Below the pieces are notes generated by a model, which was not told the origin of the DNA, did not search any database, and saw only the letters and a list, made by a program, of their open reading frames with translations. Below, in pieces: positions 27,001-43,549 of a stretch of 51,875 bases of DNA. Position 1 is the first letter of the stretch; each line of letters begins with the position of its first letter. Source of the DNA: Nemertoderma westbladi (lineage: Eukaryota > Animalia > Xenacoelomorpha); contig JAUCBJ010003666.1 of the NCBI GenBank assembly GCA_032718475.1, forward strand, positions 1 to 51,875. Direction: 5' to 3'. The position numbers were made by a program, and so were the translations under genes.

Positions 27001-30000
27001 CTGGTTGTACATCCAGGACTGTCTTAACTATTACAGGTTGTACATGCCGGACTGTCTTAACTATTACAGGTTGTACATCCAGGACTGTCGAAACTATTAC
27101 AGGTTGTACATGCAGGACTTTCGAAACTATTACAGATTGTACATCCAGGACTATCGAAACTATTACAGATTGTACATCCAGGACTGTCTTAACTATTACT
27201 GGTTGTACATGCAGGACTGTCGAAACTATTACAGGTTGTACATGCCGGACTGTCGAAACTATTACAGGCTGTACAGTACATGCCGGACTGTCGAAACTAT
27301 TACAGGCTGTACAGTACATGCCGGACTGTCGAAACTATTACAGATTGTACATCCAGGACTGTCTTAACTATTACTGGTTGTACATGCAGGACTGTCGAAA
27401 CTATTACAGGTTGTACATGCCGGACTGTCGAAACTATTACAGATTGTACATCCAGGACTATCGAAACTATTACAGATTGTACATCCAGGACTGTCTTAAC
27501 TATTACTGGTTGTACATGCAGGACTGTCGAAACTATTACAGGTTGTACATGCCGGACTGTCGAAACTATTACAGGCTGTACAGTACATGCCGGACTGTCG
27601 AAACTATTACAGGCTGTACATGCAGGACTGTCGAAACTATTACAGGTTGTACATCCAGGACTGTCTTAACTATTACTGGTTGTACATGCAGGACTGTCGA
27701 AACTATTACAGGTTGTACATGCCGGACTGTCGAAACTATTACAGGCTGTACAGTACATGCCGGACTGTCGAAACTATTACTGGTTGTACATGCAGGACTG
27801 TCGAAACTATTACAGGTTGTACATGCCGGACTGTCGAAACTATTACTGGTTGTACATGCAGGACTGTCGAAACTATTACAGGCTGTACAGTACATGCCGG
27901 ACTGTTACAGGTTGTACATGTAGGACTGTCGAAACTATTACTGGTTGTACATGCAGGACTGTCTTAACTATTACTGGTTGTACATCCAGGACTATCGAAA
28001 CTATTACTGGTTGTACATGTAGGACTGTCGAAACTATTACAGGTTGTACATCCAGGACTATCGAAACTATTACAGGCTGTACATGCAGGACTGTCGAAAC
28101 TATTACAGGTTGTACATGTAGGACTGTCGAAACTATTACAGGTTGTACATGCAGGACTGTCGAAACTATTACTGGTTGTACATGCAGGACTGTCGAAACT
28201 ATTACAGGTTGTACATGTAGGACTGTCGAAACTATTACAGGTTGTACATGTAGGACTGTCGAAACTATTACTGGTTGTACATGCAGGACTGTCGAAACTA
28301 TTACAGGTTGTACATGTAGGACTGTCGAAACTATTACTGGTTGTACATGCAGGACTGTCGAAACTATTACAGGTTGTACATGCAGGACTGTCGAAACTAT
28401 TACTGGTTGTACATGCAGGACTGTCGAAACTATTACAGGTTGTACATGTAGGACTGTTGAAACTATTACTGGTTGTACATCCAGGACTGTCTTAACTATT
28501 ACTGGTTGTACATCCAGGACTGTCTTAACTATTACTGGTTGTACATCCAGGACTGTCTTAACTATTACTGGTTGTACATCCAGGACTGTCGAAACTATTA
28601 CATGTTGTACATGTAGGACTGTTGAAACTATTACTGGTTGTACATCCAGGACTGTCTAACTATTACTGGTTGTACATGCAGGACTGTCGAAACTATTACA
28701 GGTTGTACATGCAGGACTGTCGAAACTATTACAGGTTGTACATGTAGGACTGTTGAAACTATTACTGGTTGTACATCCAGGACTGTCTTAACTATTACTG
28801 GTTGTACATCCAGGACTGTCTTAACTATTACTGGTTGTACATCCAGGACTGTCTTAACTATTACTGGTTGTACATGTAGGACTGTCGAAACTATTACTGG
28901 TTGTACATGCCGGACTGTCTTAACTATTACTGGTTGTACATCCAGGACTGTCTTAACTATTACTGGTTGTACATGCAGGACTGTCGAAACTATTACAGGT
29001 TGTACATGTAGGACTGTCGAAACTATTACTGGTTGTACATGCAGGACTGTCGAAACTATTACTGGTTGTACATGCCGGACTGTCTTAACTATTACTGGTT
29101 GTACATCCAGGACTGTCTTAACTATTACTGGTTGTACATGCAGGACTGTCGAAACTATTACAGGTTGTACATGTAGGACTGTCGAAACTATTACTGGTTG
29201 TACATCCAGGACTATCGAAACTATTACAGGCTGTACATGCAGGACTGTCGAAACTATTACAGGTTGTACATGCAGGACTGTCGAAACTATTACAGGTTGT
29301 ACATGTAGGACTGTCGAAACTATTACAGATTGTACATGTAGGACTGTCGAAACTATTACATGTTGTACATGCAGGACTGTCTTAACTATTACAGGTTGTA
29401 CATGTAGGACTGTCGAAACTATTACTGGTTGTACATGCAGGACTGTCTTAACTATTACAGGTTGTACATGCAGGACTGTCTTAACTATTACTGGTTGTAC
29501 ATGCAGGACTGTCGAAACTATTACAGGCTGTACATGTAGGACTGTCTAAACTATTACAGGTTGTACATGCAGGACTGTCTTAACTATTACTGGTTGTACA
29601 TGTAGGACTGTCGAAACTATTACAGGCTGTACATGTAGGACTGTCTAAACTATTACAGGTTGTACATGCAGGACTGTCTTAACTATTACTGGTTGTACAT
29701 GCAGGACTGTCTTAACTATTACAGGTTGTACATGTAGGACTGTCGAAACTATTACTGGTTGTACATCCAGGACTGTCTTAACTATTACAGGTTGTACATG
29801 CCGGACTGTCTTAACTATTACAGGTTGTACATCCAGGACTGTCGAAACTATTACAGGTTGTACATGCAGGACTGTCGAAACTATTACAGATTGTACATCC
29901 AGGACTATCGAAACTATTACAGATTGTACATCCAGGACTGTCTTAACTATTACTGGTTGTACATGCAGGACTGTCGAAACTATTACAGGCTGTACAGTAC

Positions 30001-33000
30001 ATGCCGGACTGTCGAAACTATTACAGGCTGTACAGTACATGCCGGACTGTCGAAACTATTACAGATTGTACATCCAGGACTGTCTTAACTATTACTGGTT
30101 GTACATGCAGGACTGTCGAAACTATTACAGGTTGTACATGCCGGACTGTCGAAACTATTACAGATTGTACATCCAGGACTATCGAAACTATTACAGATTG
30201 TACATCCAGGACTGTCTTAACTATTACTGGTTGTACATGCAGGACTGTCGAAACTATTACAGGTTGTACATGCCGGACTGTCGAAACTATTACAGGCTGT
30301 ACAGTACATGCCGGACTGTCGAAACTATTACAGGCTGTACATGCAGGACTGTCGAAACTATTACAGGTTGTACATCCAGGACTGTCTTAACTATTACTGG
30401 TTGTACATGCAGGACTGTCGAAACTATTACAGGTTGTACATGCCGGACTGTCGAAACTATTACAGGCTGTACAGTACATGCCGGACTGTCGAAACTATTA
30501 CTGGTTGTACATGCAGGACTGTCGAAACTATTACAGGTTGTACATGCCGGACTGTCGAAACTATTACTGGTTGTACATGCAGGACTGTCGAAACTATTAC
30601 AGGCTGTACAGTACATGCCGGACTGTTACAGGTTGTACATGTAGGACTGTCGAAACTATTACTGGTTGTACATGCAGGACTGTCTTAACTATTACTGGTT
30701 GTACATCCAGGACTATCGAAACTATTACTGGTTGTACATGTAGGACTGTCGAAACTATTACAGGTTGTACATCCAGGACTATCGAAACTATTACAGGCTG
30801 TACATGCAGGACTGTCGAAACTATTACAGGTTGTACATGTAGGACTGTCGAAACTATTACAGGTTGTACATGCAGGACTGTCGAAACTATTACTGGTTGT
30901 ACATGCAGGACTGTCGAAACTATTACAGGTTGTACATGTAGGACTGTCGAAACTATTACAGGTTGTACATGTAGGACTGTCGAAACTATTACTGGTTGTA
31001 CATGCAGGACTGTCGAAACTATTACAGGTTGTACATGTAGGACTGTCGAAACTATTACTGGTTGTACATGCAGGACTGTCGAAACTATTACAGGTTGTAC
31101 ATGCAGGACTGTCGAAACTATTACTGGTTGTACATGCAGGACTGTCGAAACTATTACAGGTTGTACATGTAGGACTGTTGAAACTATTACTGGTTGTACA
31201 TCCAGGACTGTCTTAACTATTACTGGTTGTACATCCAGGACTGTCTTAACTATTACTGGTTGTACATCCAGGACTGTCTTAACTATTACTGGTTGTACAT
31301 CCAGGACTGTCGAAACTATTACATGTTGTACATGTAGGACTGTTGAAACTATTACTGGTTGTACATCCAGGACTGTCTAACTATTACTGGTTGTACATGC
31401 AGGACTGTCGAAACTATTACAGGTTGTACATGCAGGACTGTCGAAACTATTCCAGGTTGTACATGTAGGACTGTTGAAACTATTACTGGTTGTACATCCA
31501 GGACTGTCTTAACTATTACTGGTTGTACATCCAGGACTGTCTTAACTATTACTGGTTGTACATCCAGGACTGTCTTAACTATTACTGGTTGTACATGTAG
31601 GACTGTCGAAACTATTACTGGTTGTACATGCCGGACTGTCTTAACTATTACTGGTTGTACATCCAGGACTGTCTTAACTATTACTGGTTGTACATGCAGG
31701 ACTGTCGAAACTATTACAGGTTGTACATGTAGGACTGTCGAAACTATTACTGGTTGTACATGCAGGACTGTCGAAACTATTACTGGTTGTACATGCCGGA
31801 CTGTCTTAACTATTACTGGTTGTACATCCAGGACTGTCTTAACTATTACTGGTTGTACATGCAGGACTGTCGAAACTATTACAGGTTGTACATGTAGGAC
31901 TGTCGAAACTATTACTGGTTGTACATCCAGGACTATCGAAACTATTACAGGCTGTACATGCAGGACTGTCGAAACTATTACAGGTTGTACATGCCGGACT
32001 GTCGAAACTATTACAAGTTGTACATGTAGGACTGTCGAAACTATTACAGATTGTACATGTAGGACTGTCGAAACTATTACATGTTGTACATGCAGGACTG
32101 TCTTAACTATTACAGGTTGTACATGCCGGACTGTCGAAACTATTACAGATTGTACATGTAGGACTGTCGAAACTATTACAGGTTGTACATGCAGGACTGT
32201 CGAAACTATTACTGGTTGTACATGCAGGACTGTCGAAACTATTACATGTTGTACATCCAGGACTGTCTTAAATATTACTGGTTGTACATGCCGGACTGTC
32301 GAAACTATTACAGATTGTACATGTAGGACTGTCGAAACTATTACAGGTTGTACATGCAGGACTGTCGAAACTATTACTGGTTGTACATGCAGGACTGTCG
32401 AAACTATTACATGTTGTACATCCAGGACTGTCTTAAATATTACTGGTTGTACATGCAGGACTGTCTTAACTATTACTGGTTGTACATGCCGGACTGTCGA
32501 AACTATTACAGATTGTACATGTAGGACTGTCGAAACTATTACTGGTTGTACATGCAGGACTGTCGAAACTATTACTGGTTGTACATGCCGGACTGTCGAA
32601 ACTATTACAGATTGTACATGCAGGACTGTCGAAACTATTACTGGTTGTACATGCCGGACTGTCGAAACTATTACAGGTTGTACATGCAGGACTGTCGAAA
32701 CTATTACTGGTTGTACATCCAGGACTGTCGAAACTATTACTGGTTGTACATGCAGGACTGTCGAAACTATTACATGTTGTACATCCAGGACTGTCTTAAA
32801 TATTACTGGTTGTACATGCAGGACTGTCGAAACTATTACTGGTTGTACATGCAGGACTGTCGAAACTATTACTGGTTGTACATGTAGGACTGTCGAAACT
32901 ATTACATGTTGTACATGCAGGACTGTCGAAACTATTACATGTTGTACATGCAGGACTGTCTTAACTATTACTGGTTGTACATGCCGGACTGTCGAAACTA

Positions 33001-36000
33001 TTACAGATTGTACATGTAGGACTGTCGAAACTATTACTGGTTGTACATGCAGGACTGTCGAAACTATTACATGTTGTACATGCAGGACTGTCTTAACTAT
33101 TAGTGGTTGTACATGCCGGACTGTCGAAACTATTACAGATTGTACATGCAGGACTGTCGAAACTATTATAGGTTGTACATGCAGGACTGTCGAAACTATT
33201 ATAGGTTGTACATGCAGGACTGTCGAAACTATTACATGTTGTACATCCAGGACTGTCTTAAATATTACTGGTTGTACATGCAGGACTGTCGAAACTATTA
33301 CTGGTTGTACATGCAGGACTGTCGAAACTATTACATGTTGTACATGCAGGACTGTCTTAACTATTACTGGTTGTACATGCCGGACTGTCGAAACTATTAC
33401 AGATTGTACATGTAGGACTGTCGAAACTATTACTGGTTGTACATGCAGGACTGTCGAAACTATTACATGTTGTACATGCAGGACTGTCTTAACTATTACT
33501 GGTTGTACATGCCGGACTGTCGAAACTATTACAGATTGTACATGCAGGACTGTCGAAACTATTATAGGTTGTACATGCAGGACTGTCGAAACTATTATAG
33601 GTTGTACATGCAGGACTGTCGAAACTATTACATGTTGTACATGCAGGACTGTCTTAACTATTACTGGTTGTACATGCCGGACTGTCGAAACTATTACAGA
33701 TTGTACATGTAGGACTGTCGAAACTATTACAGGTTGTACATGCAGGACTGTCTTAACTATTACAGATTGTACATGCCGGACTGTCGAAACTATTACAGAT
33801 TGTACATGCAGGACTGTCGAAACTATTATAGGTTGTACATGCAGGACTGTCGAAACTATTATAGGTTGTACATGCAGGACTGTCGAAACTATTACATGTT
33901 GTACATGCAGGACTGTCTTAACTATTACTGGTTGTACATGCAGGACTTTCGAAACTATTACTGGTTGTACATGTAGGACTGTCGATACTATTACAGATTG
34001 TACATCCAGGACTGTCGAAACTATTACAGGTTGTACATGCAGGACTGTCGAAACTATTACTGGTTGTACATGCAGGACTGTCTTAACTATTACTGGTTGT
34101 ACATGCCGGACTGTCGAAACTATTACAGATTGTACATGTAGGACTGTCGAAACTATTACATGTTGTACATGCAGGACTGTCTTAACTATTACTGGTTGTA
34201 CATGCAGGACTGTCGAAACTATTACTGGTTGTACATGTAGGACTGTCGAAACTATTACTGGTTGTACATGCAGGACTGTCGAAACTATTACTGGTTGTAC
34301 ATGCAGGACTTTCTTAACTATTACTGGTTGTACATGCCGGACTGTCGAAACTATTACAGATTGTACATGTAGGACTGTCGAAACTATTACTGGTTGTACA
34401 TGCAGGACTGTCGAAACTATTACAGGTTGTACATACAGGACTGTCTTAACTATTACAGGTTGTACATGCAGGACTGTCTTAACTATTACAGGCTGTACAT
34501 GCAGGACTGTCGAAACTATTACAGGTTGTACATGTAGGACTGTCGAAACTATTTCAGGTTGTACATGTAGGACTGTCGAAACTATTACTGGTTATACATG
34601 CAGGACTGTCGAAACTATTACTGGTTGTACATGCAGGACTGTCGAAACTATTACTGGTTGTACATGCCGGACTGTCGAAACTATTACAGGTTGTACATAC
34701 AGGACTGTCTTAACTATTACAGGTTGTACATGCAGGACTGTCGAAACTATTACAGGTTGTACATACAGGACTGTCTTAACTATTACAGGTTGTACATGCA
34801 GGACTGTCGAAACTATTATAGGTTGTACATGCAGGACTGTCGAAACTATTATAGGTTGTACATGCAGGACTGTCGAAACTATTACATGTTGTACATGCAG
34901 GACTGTCTTAACTATTACTGGTTGTACATGCAGGACTGTCGAAACTATTACTGGTTATACATGCAGGACTGTCGAAACTATTACTGGTTGTACATGCCGG
35001 ACTGTCGAAACTATTACAGGTTGTACATACAGGACTGTCTTAACTATTACAGGTTGTACATGCAGGACTGTCGAAACTATTACAGGTTGTACATACAGGA
35101 CTGTCTTAACTATTACAGGTTGTACATGCAGGACTGTCGAAACTATTATAGGTTGTACATGCAGGACTGTCGAAACTATTATAGGTTGTACATGCAGGAC
35201 TGTCGAAACTATTACATGTTGTACATGCAGGACTGTCTTAACTATTACTGGTTGTACATGCAGGACTTTCGAAACTATTACTGGTTGTACATGTAGGACT
35301 GTCGATACTATTACAGATTGTACATCCAGGACTGTCGAAACTATTACAGGTTGTACATGCAGGACTGTCGAAACTATTACTGGTTGTACATGCAGGACTG
35401 TCTTAACTATTACTGGTTGTACATGCCGGACTGTCGAAACTATTACAGATTGTACATGTAGGACTGTCGAAACTATTACATGTTGTACATGCAGGACTGT
35501 CTTAACTATTACTGGTTGTACATGCAGGACTGTCGAAACTATTACTGGTTGTACATGTAGGACTGTCGAAACTATTACTGGTTGTACATGCAGGACTGTC
35601 GAAACTATTACTGGTTGTACATGCAGGACTTTCTTAACTATTACTGGTTGTACATGCCGGACTGTCGAAACTATTACAGATTGTACATGTAGGACTGTCG
35701 AAACTATTACTGGTTGTACATGCAGGACTGTCGAAACTATTACAGGTTGTACATACAGGACTGTCTTAACTATTACAGGCTGTACATGCAGGACTGTCGA
35801 AACTATTACAGGTTGTACATGTAGGACTGTCGAAACTATTTCAGGTTGTACATGTAGGACTGTCGAAACTATTACTGGTTATACATGCAGGACTGTCGAA
35901 ACTATTACTGGTTGTACATGCCGGACTGTCGAAACTATTACAGGTTGTACATACAGGACTGTCTTAACTATTACAGGTTGTACATGCAGGACTGTCGAAA

Positions 36001-39000
36001 CTATTACAGGTTGTACATACAGGACTGTCTTAACTATTACAGGTTGTACATGCAGGACTGTCTTAACTATTACAGGCTGTACATGCAGGACTGTCGAAAC
36101 TATTACAGGTTGCACATGTAGGACTGTCGAAACTATTTCAGGTTGTACATGTAGGACTGTCGAAACTATTACTGGTTGTACATGCAGGACTGTCTTAACT
36201 ATTACAGGTTGTACATGCAGGACTGTCGAAACTATTACAGGTTGTACATACAGGACTGTCTTAACTATTACAGGTTGTACATGCAGGACTGTCTTAACTA
36301 TTACAGGCTGTACATGCAGGACTGTCGAAACTATTACAGGTTGTACATGTAGGACTGTCTAAACTATTACTGGTTGTACATGCAGGACTGTCTTAACTAT
36401 TACTGGTTGTACATGCAGGACTGTCTTAACTATTACAGGTTGTACATGTAGGACTGTCGAAACTATTACTGGTTGTACATGCAGGACTGTCTTAACTATT
36501 ACAGGTTGTACATGTAGGACTGTCGAAACTATTACAGGCTGTACATGTAGGACTGTCTAAACTATTACAGGTTGTACATGCAGGACTGTCTTAACTATTA
36601 CTGGTTGTACATGTAGGACTGTCGAAACTATTACAGGCTGTACATGTAGGACTGTCTAAACTATTACAGGTTGTACATGCAGGACTGTCTTAACTATTAC
36701 TGGTTGTACATGCAGGACTGTCTTAACTATTACAGGTTGTACATGTAGGACTGTCGAAACTATTACTGGTTGTACATCCAGGACTGTCTTAACTATTACT
36801 GGTTGTACATGCCGGACTGTCTTAACTATTACAGGTTGTGCATCCAGGACTGTCGAAACTATTACAGGTTGTACATGCAGGACTTTCGAAACTATTACAG
36901 ATTGTACATCCAGGACTATCGAAACTATTACAGATTGTACATCCAGGACTGTCTTAACTATTACTGGTTGTACATGCAGGACTGTCGAAACTATTACAGG
37001 TTGTACATGCCGGACTGTCGAAACTATTACAGGCTGTACAGTACATGCCGGACTGTCGAAACTATTACAGGCTGTACAGTACATGCCGGACTGTCGAAAC
37101 TATTACAGATTGTACATCCAGGACTGTCTTAACTATTACTGGTTGTACATGCAGGACTGTCGAAACTATTACAGGTTGTACATGCCGGACTGTCGAAACT
37201 ATTACAGATTGTACATCCAGGACTATCGAAACTATTACAGATTGTACATCCAGGACTGTCTTAACTATTACTGGTTGTACATGCAGGACTGTCGAAACTA
37301 TTACAGGTTGTACATGCCGGACTGTCGAAACTATTACAGGCTGTACAGTACATGCCGGACTGTCGAAACTATTACAGGCTGTACATGCAGGACTGTCGAA
37401 ACTATTACAGGTTGTACATCCAGGACTGTCTTAACTATTACTGGTTGTACATGCAGGACTGTCGAAACTATTACAGGTTGTACATGCCGGACTGTCGAAA
37501 CTATTACAGGCTGTACAGTACATGCCGGACTGTCGAAACTATTACTGGTTGTACATGCAGGACTGTCGAAACTATTACAGGTTGTACATGCCGGACTGTC
37601 GAAACTATTACTGGTTGTACATGCAGGACTGTCGAAACTATTACAGGCTGTACAGTACATGCCGGACTGTTACAGGTTGTACATGTAGGACTGTCGAAAC
37701 TATTACTGGTTGTACATGCAGGACTGTCTTAACTATTACTGGTTGTACATCCAGGACTATCGAAACTATTACTGGTTGTACATGTAGGACTGTCGAAACT
37801 ATTACAGGTTGTACATCCAGGACTATCGAAACTATTACAGGCTGTACATGCAGGACTGTCGAAACTATTACAGGTTGTACATGTAGGACTGTCGAAACTA
37901 TTACAGGTTGTACATGCAGGACTGTCGAAACTATTACTGGTTGTACATGCAGGACTGTCGAAACTATTACAGGTTGTACATGTAGGACTGTCGAAACTAT
38001 TACAGGTTGTACATGTAGGACTGTCGAAACTATTACTGGTTGTACATGCAGGACTGTCGAAACTATTACAGGTTGTACATGTAGGACTGTCGAAACTATT
38101 ACTGGTTGTACATGCAGGACTGTCGAAACTATTACTGGTTGTACATGCAGGACTGTCGAAACTATTACAGGTTGTACATGTAGGACTGTTGAAACTATTA
38201 CTGGTTGTACATCCAGGACTGTCTTAACTATTACTGGTTGTACATCCAGGACTGTCTTAACTATTACTGGTTGTACATCCAGGACTGTCTTAACTATTAC
38301 TGGTTGTACATCCAGGACTGTCGAAACTATTACAGGTTGTACATGTAGGACTGTTGAAACTATTACTGGTTGTACATCCAGGATTGTCTAACTATTACTG
38401 GTTGTACATGCAGGACTGTCGAAACTATTACAGGTTGTACATGCAGGACTGTCGAAACTATTACAGGTTGTACATGTAGGACTGTTGAAACTATTACTGG
38501 TTGTACATCCAGGACTGTCTTAACTATTACTGGTTGTACATCCAGGACTGTCTTAACTATTACTGGTTGTACATCCAGGACTGTCTTAACTATTACTGGT
38601 TGTACATGTAGGACTGTCGAAACTATTACTGGTTGTACATGCCGGACTGTCTTAACTATTACTGGTTGTACATCCAGGACTGTCTTAACTATTACTGGTT
38701 GTACATGCAGGACTGTCGAAACTATTACAGGTTGTACATGTAGGACTGTCGAAACTATTACTGGTTGTACATCCAGGACTATCGAAACTATTACAGGCTG
38801 TACATGCAGGACTGTCGAAACTATTACAGGTTGTACATGCAGGACTGTCGAAACTATTACAAGTTGTACATGTAGGACTGTCGAAACTATTACAGATTGT
38901 ACATGTAGGACTGTCGAAACTATTACATGTTGTACATGCAGGACTGTCTTAACTATTACAGGTTGTACATGCCGGACTGTCGAAACTATTACAGATTGTA

Positions 39001-42000
39001 CATGTAGGACTGTCGAAACTATTACAGGTTGTACATGCAGGACTGTCGAAACTATTACTGGTTGTACATGCAGGACTGTCGAAACTATTACATGTTGTAC
39101 ATCCAGGACTGTCTTAAATATTACTGGTTGTACATGCCGGACTGTCGAAACTATTACAGATTGTACATGTAGGACTGTCGAAACTATTACAGGTTGTACA
39201 TGCAGGACTGTCGAAACTATTACTGGTTGTACATGCAGGACTGTCGAAACTATTACATGTTGTACATCCAGGACTGTCTTAAATATTACTGGTTGTACAT
39301 GCAGGACTGTCTTAACTATTACTGGTTGTACATGCCGGACTGTCGAAACTATTACAGATTGTACATGTAGGACTGTCGAAACTATTACTGGTTGTACATG
39401 CAGGACTGTCGAAACTATTACTGGTTGTACATGCCGGACTGTCGAAACTATTACAGATTGTACATGCAGGACTGTCGAAACTATTACTGGTTGTACATGC
39501 CGGACTGTCGAAACTATTACAGGTTGTACATGCAGGACTGTCGAAACTATTACTGGTTGTACATCCAGGACTGTCGAAACTATTACTGGTTGTACATGCA
39601 GGACTGTCGAAACTATTACATGTTGTACATCCAGGACTGTCTTAAATATTACTGGTTGTACATGCAGGACTGTCGAAACTATTACTGGTTGTACATGCAG
39701 GACTGTCGAAACTATTACTGGTTGTACATGTAGGACTGTCGAAACTATTAAATGTTGTACATGCAGGACTGTCGAAACTATTACATGTTGTACATGCAGG
39801 ACTGTCTTAACTATTACTGGTTGTACATGCCGGACTGTCGAAACTATTACAGATTGTACATGTAGGACTGTCGAAACTATTACTGGTTGTACATGCAGGA
39901 CTGTCGAAACTATTACATGTTGTACATGCAGGACTGTCTTAACTATTAGTGGTTGTACATGCCGGACTGTCGAAACTATTACAGATTGTACATGCAGGAC
40001 TGTCGAAACTATTATAGGTTGTACATGCAGGACTGTCGAAACTATTATAGGTTGTACATGCAGGACTGTCGAAACTATTACATGTTGTACATCCAGGACT
40101 GTCTTAAATATTACTGGTTGTACATGCAGGACTGTCGAAACTATTACTGGTTGTACATGCAGGACTGTCGAAACTATTACATGTTGTACATGCAGGACTG
40201 TCTTAACTATTACTGGTTGTACATGCCGGACTGTCGAAACTATTACAGATTGTACATGTAGGACTGTCGAAACTATTACTGGTTGTACATGCAGGACTGT
40301 CGAAACTATTACATGTTGTACATGCAGGACTGTCTTAACTATTACTGGTTGTACATGCCGGACTGTCGAAACTATTACAGATTGTACATGCAGGACTGTC
40401 GAAACTATTATAGGTTGTACATGCAGGACTGTCGAAACTATTATAGGTTGTACATGCAGGACTGTCGAAACTATTACATGTTGTACATGCAGGACTGTCT
40501 TAACTATTACTGGTTGTACATGCCGGACTGTCGAAACTATTACAGATTGTACATGTAGGACTGTCGAAACTATTACTGGTTGTACATGCCGGACTGTCGA
40601 AACTATTACAGATTGTACATGTAGGACTGTCGAAACTATTACTGGTTGTACATGCAGGACTGTCGAAACTATTACAGGTTGTACATACAGGACTGTCTTA
40701 ACTATTATAGGTTGTACATGCAGGACTGTCTTAACTATTACAGGCTGTACATGCAGGACTGTCGAAACTATTACAGGTTGTACATGTAGGACTGTCGAAA
40801 CTATTTCAGGTTGTACATGTAGGACTGTCGAAACTATTACTGGTTATACATGCAGGACTGTCGAAACTATTACTGGTTGTACATGCCGGACTGTCGAAAC
40901 TATTACAGGTTGTACATACAGGACTGTCTTAACTATTACAGGTTGTACATGCAGGACTGTCGAAACTATTACAGGTTGTACATACAGGACTGTCTTAACT
41001 ATTACAGGTTGTACATGCAGGACTGTCTTAACTATTACAGGCTGTACATGCAGGACTGTCGAAACTATTACAGGTTGTACATGTAGGACTGTCGAAACTA
41101 TTTCAGGTTGTACATGTAGGACTGTCGAAACTATTACTGGTTGTACATGCAGGACTGTCTTAACTATTACAGGTTGTACATGCAGGACTGTCGAAACTAT
41201 TACAGGTTGTACATACAGGACTGTCTTAACTATTACAGGTTGTACATGCAGGACTGTCTTAACTATTACAGGCTGTACATGCAGGACTGTCGAAACTATT
41301 ACATGTTGTACATGCAGGACTGTCTTAACTATTAGTGGTTGTACATGCCGGACTGTCGAAACTATTACAGATTGTACATGCAGGACTGTCGAAACTATTA
41401 TAGGTTGTACATGCAGGACTGTCGAAACTATTATAGGTTGTACATGCAGGACTGTCGAAACTATTACATGTTGTACATCCAGGACTGTCTTAAATATTAC
41501 TGGTTGTACATGCAGGACTGTCGAAACTATTACTGGTTGTACATGCAGGACTGTCGAAACTATTACATGTTGTACATGCAGGACTGTCTTAACTATTACT
41601 GGTTGTACATGCCGGACTGTCGAAACTATTACAGATTGTACATGTAGGACTGTCGAAACTATTACTGGTTGTACATGCAGGACTGTCGAAACTATTACAT
41701 GTTGTACATGCAGGACTGTCTTAACTATTACTGGTTGTACATGCCGGACTGTCGAAACTATTACAGATTGTACATGCAGGACTGTCGAAACTATTATAGG
41801 TTGTACATGCAGGACTGTCGAAACTATTATAGGTTGTACATGCAGGACTGTCGAAACTATTACATGTTGTACATGCAGGACTGTCTTAACTATTACTGGT
41901 TGTACATGCCGGACTGTCGAAACTATTACAGATTGTACATGTAGGACTGTCGAAACTATTACAGGTTGTACATGCAGGACTGTCTTAACTATTACAGATT

Positions 42001-43549
42001 GTACATGCCGGACTGTCGAAACTATTACAAATTGTACATGCAGGACTGTCGAAACTATTATAGGTTGTACATGCAGGACTGTCGAAACTATTATAGGTTG
42101 TACATGCAGGACTGTCGAAACTATTACATGTTGTACATGCAGGACTGTCTTAACTATTACTGGTTGTACATGCAGGACTTTCGAAACTATTACTGGTTGT
42201 ACATGTAGGACTGTCGATACTATTACAGATTGTACATCCAGGACTGTCGAAACTATTACAGGTTGTACATGCAGGACTGTCGAAACTATTACTGGTTGTA
42301 CATGCAGGACTGTCTTAACTATTACTGGTTGTACATGCCGGACTGTCGAAACTATTACAGATTGTACATGTAGGACTGTCGAAACTATTACATGTTGTAC
42401 ATGCAGGACTGTCTTAACTATTACTGGTTGTACATGCAGGACTGTCGAAACTATTACTGGTTGTACATGTAGGACTGTCGAAACTATTACTGGTTGTACA
42501 TGCAGGACTCTCGAAACTATTACTGGTTGTACATGCAGGACTTTCTTAACTATTACTGGTTGTACATGCCGGACTGTCGAAACTATTACAGATTGTACAT
42601 GTAGGACTGTCGAAACTATTACTGGTTGTACATGCAGGACTGTCGAAACTATTACAGGTTGTACATACAGGACTGTCTTAACTATTACAGGTTGTACATG
42701 CAGGACTGTCTTAACTATTACAGGCTGTACATGCAGGACTGTCGAAACTATTACAGGTTGTACATGTAGGACTGTCGAAACTATTTCAGGTTGTACATGT
42801 AGGACTGTCGAAACTATTACTGGTTATACATGCAGGACTGTCGAAACTATTACTGGTTGTACATGCCGGACTGTCGAAACTATTACAGGTTGTACATACA
42901 GGACTGTCTTAACTATTACAGGTTGTACATGCAGGACTGTCGAAACTATTACAGGTTGTACATACAGGACTGTCTTAACTATTACAGGTTGTACATGCAG
43001 GACTGTCTTAACTATTACAGGCTGTACATGCAGGACTGTCGAAACTATTACAGGTTGTACATGTAGGACTGTCGAAACTATTTCAGGTTGTACATGTAGG
43101 ACTGTCGAAACTATTACTGGTTGTACATGCAGGACTGTCTTAACTATTACAGGTTGTACATGCAGGACTGTCGAAACTATTACAGGTTGTACATACAGGA
43201 CTGTCTTAACTATTACAGGTTGTACATGCAGGACTGTCTTAACTATTACAGGCTGTACATGCAGGACTGTCGAAACTATTACAGGTTGTACATGTAGGAC
43301 TGTCGAAACTATTTCAGGTTGTACATGTAGGACTGTCGAAACTATTACAGGTTGTACATGCAGGACTGTCGAAACTATTACAGGTTATACAAGGAGGTCT
43401 GTCGAAACTATTTCAGGCTGTACATGCAGGACTGTCGAAACTATCTCATTCTTTGTAAATTTTATTTTGGTAGGTGTTTGTTTGTAAATATAAATTGTCT
43501 GTGGGGTTGTAAAGTAGAAGAACATCTTGTTTTGAATAATAATGAATGT

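Larger units (their letters stand above)
1108..43444. repeat. 33-bp satellite/minisatellite array 1 (~42 kb, roughly 1260 units, interrupted once by a LINE)
   Basis: Continuous head-to-tail GGACTGTCGAAACTATTACWGGTTGTACATGYA with recurrent variants (TCTTAAC, GCCGG, TCCAGG, GGCTG, ACATGTTG, CAGATTG, a 5-bp CAGTA insertion). The left edge is sharp at 1108 and the last units at ~43381-43444 are degenerate. Confidence 0.99.

Noticed and set aside
1108-43444. CRISPR array (33-bp repeat containing GAAAC)
   Set aside because: Units are directly head-to-tail with no unique spacers, there are no cas genes, and the context is eukaryotic transposable elements.
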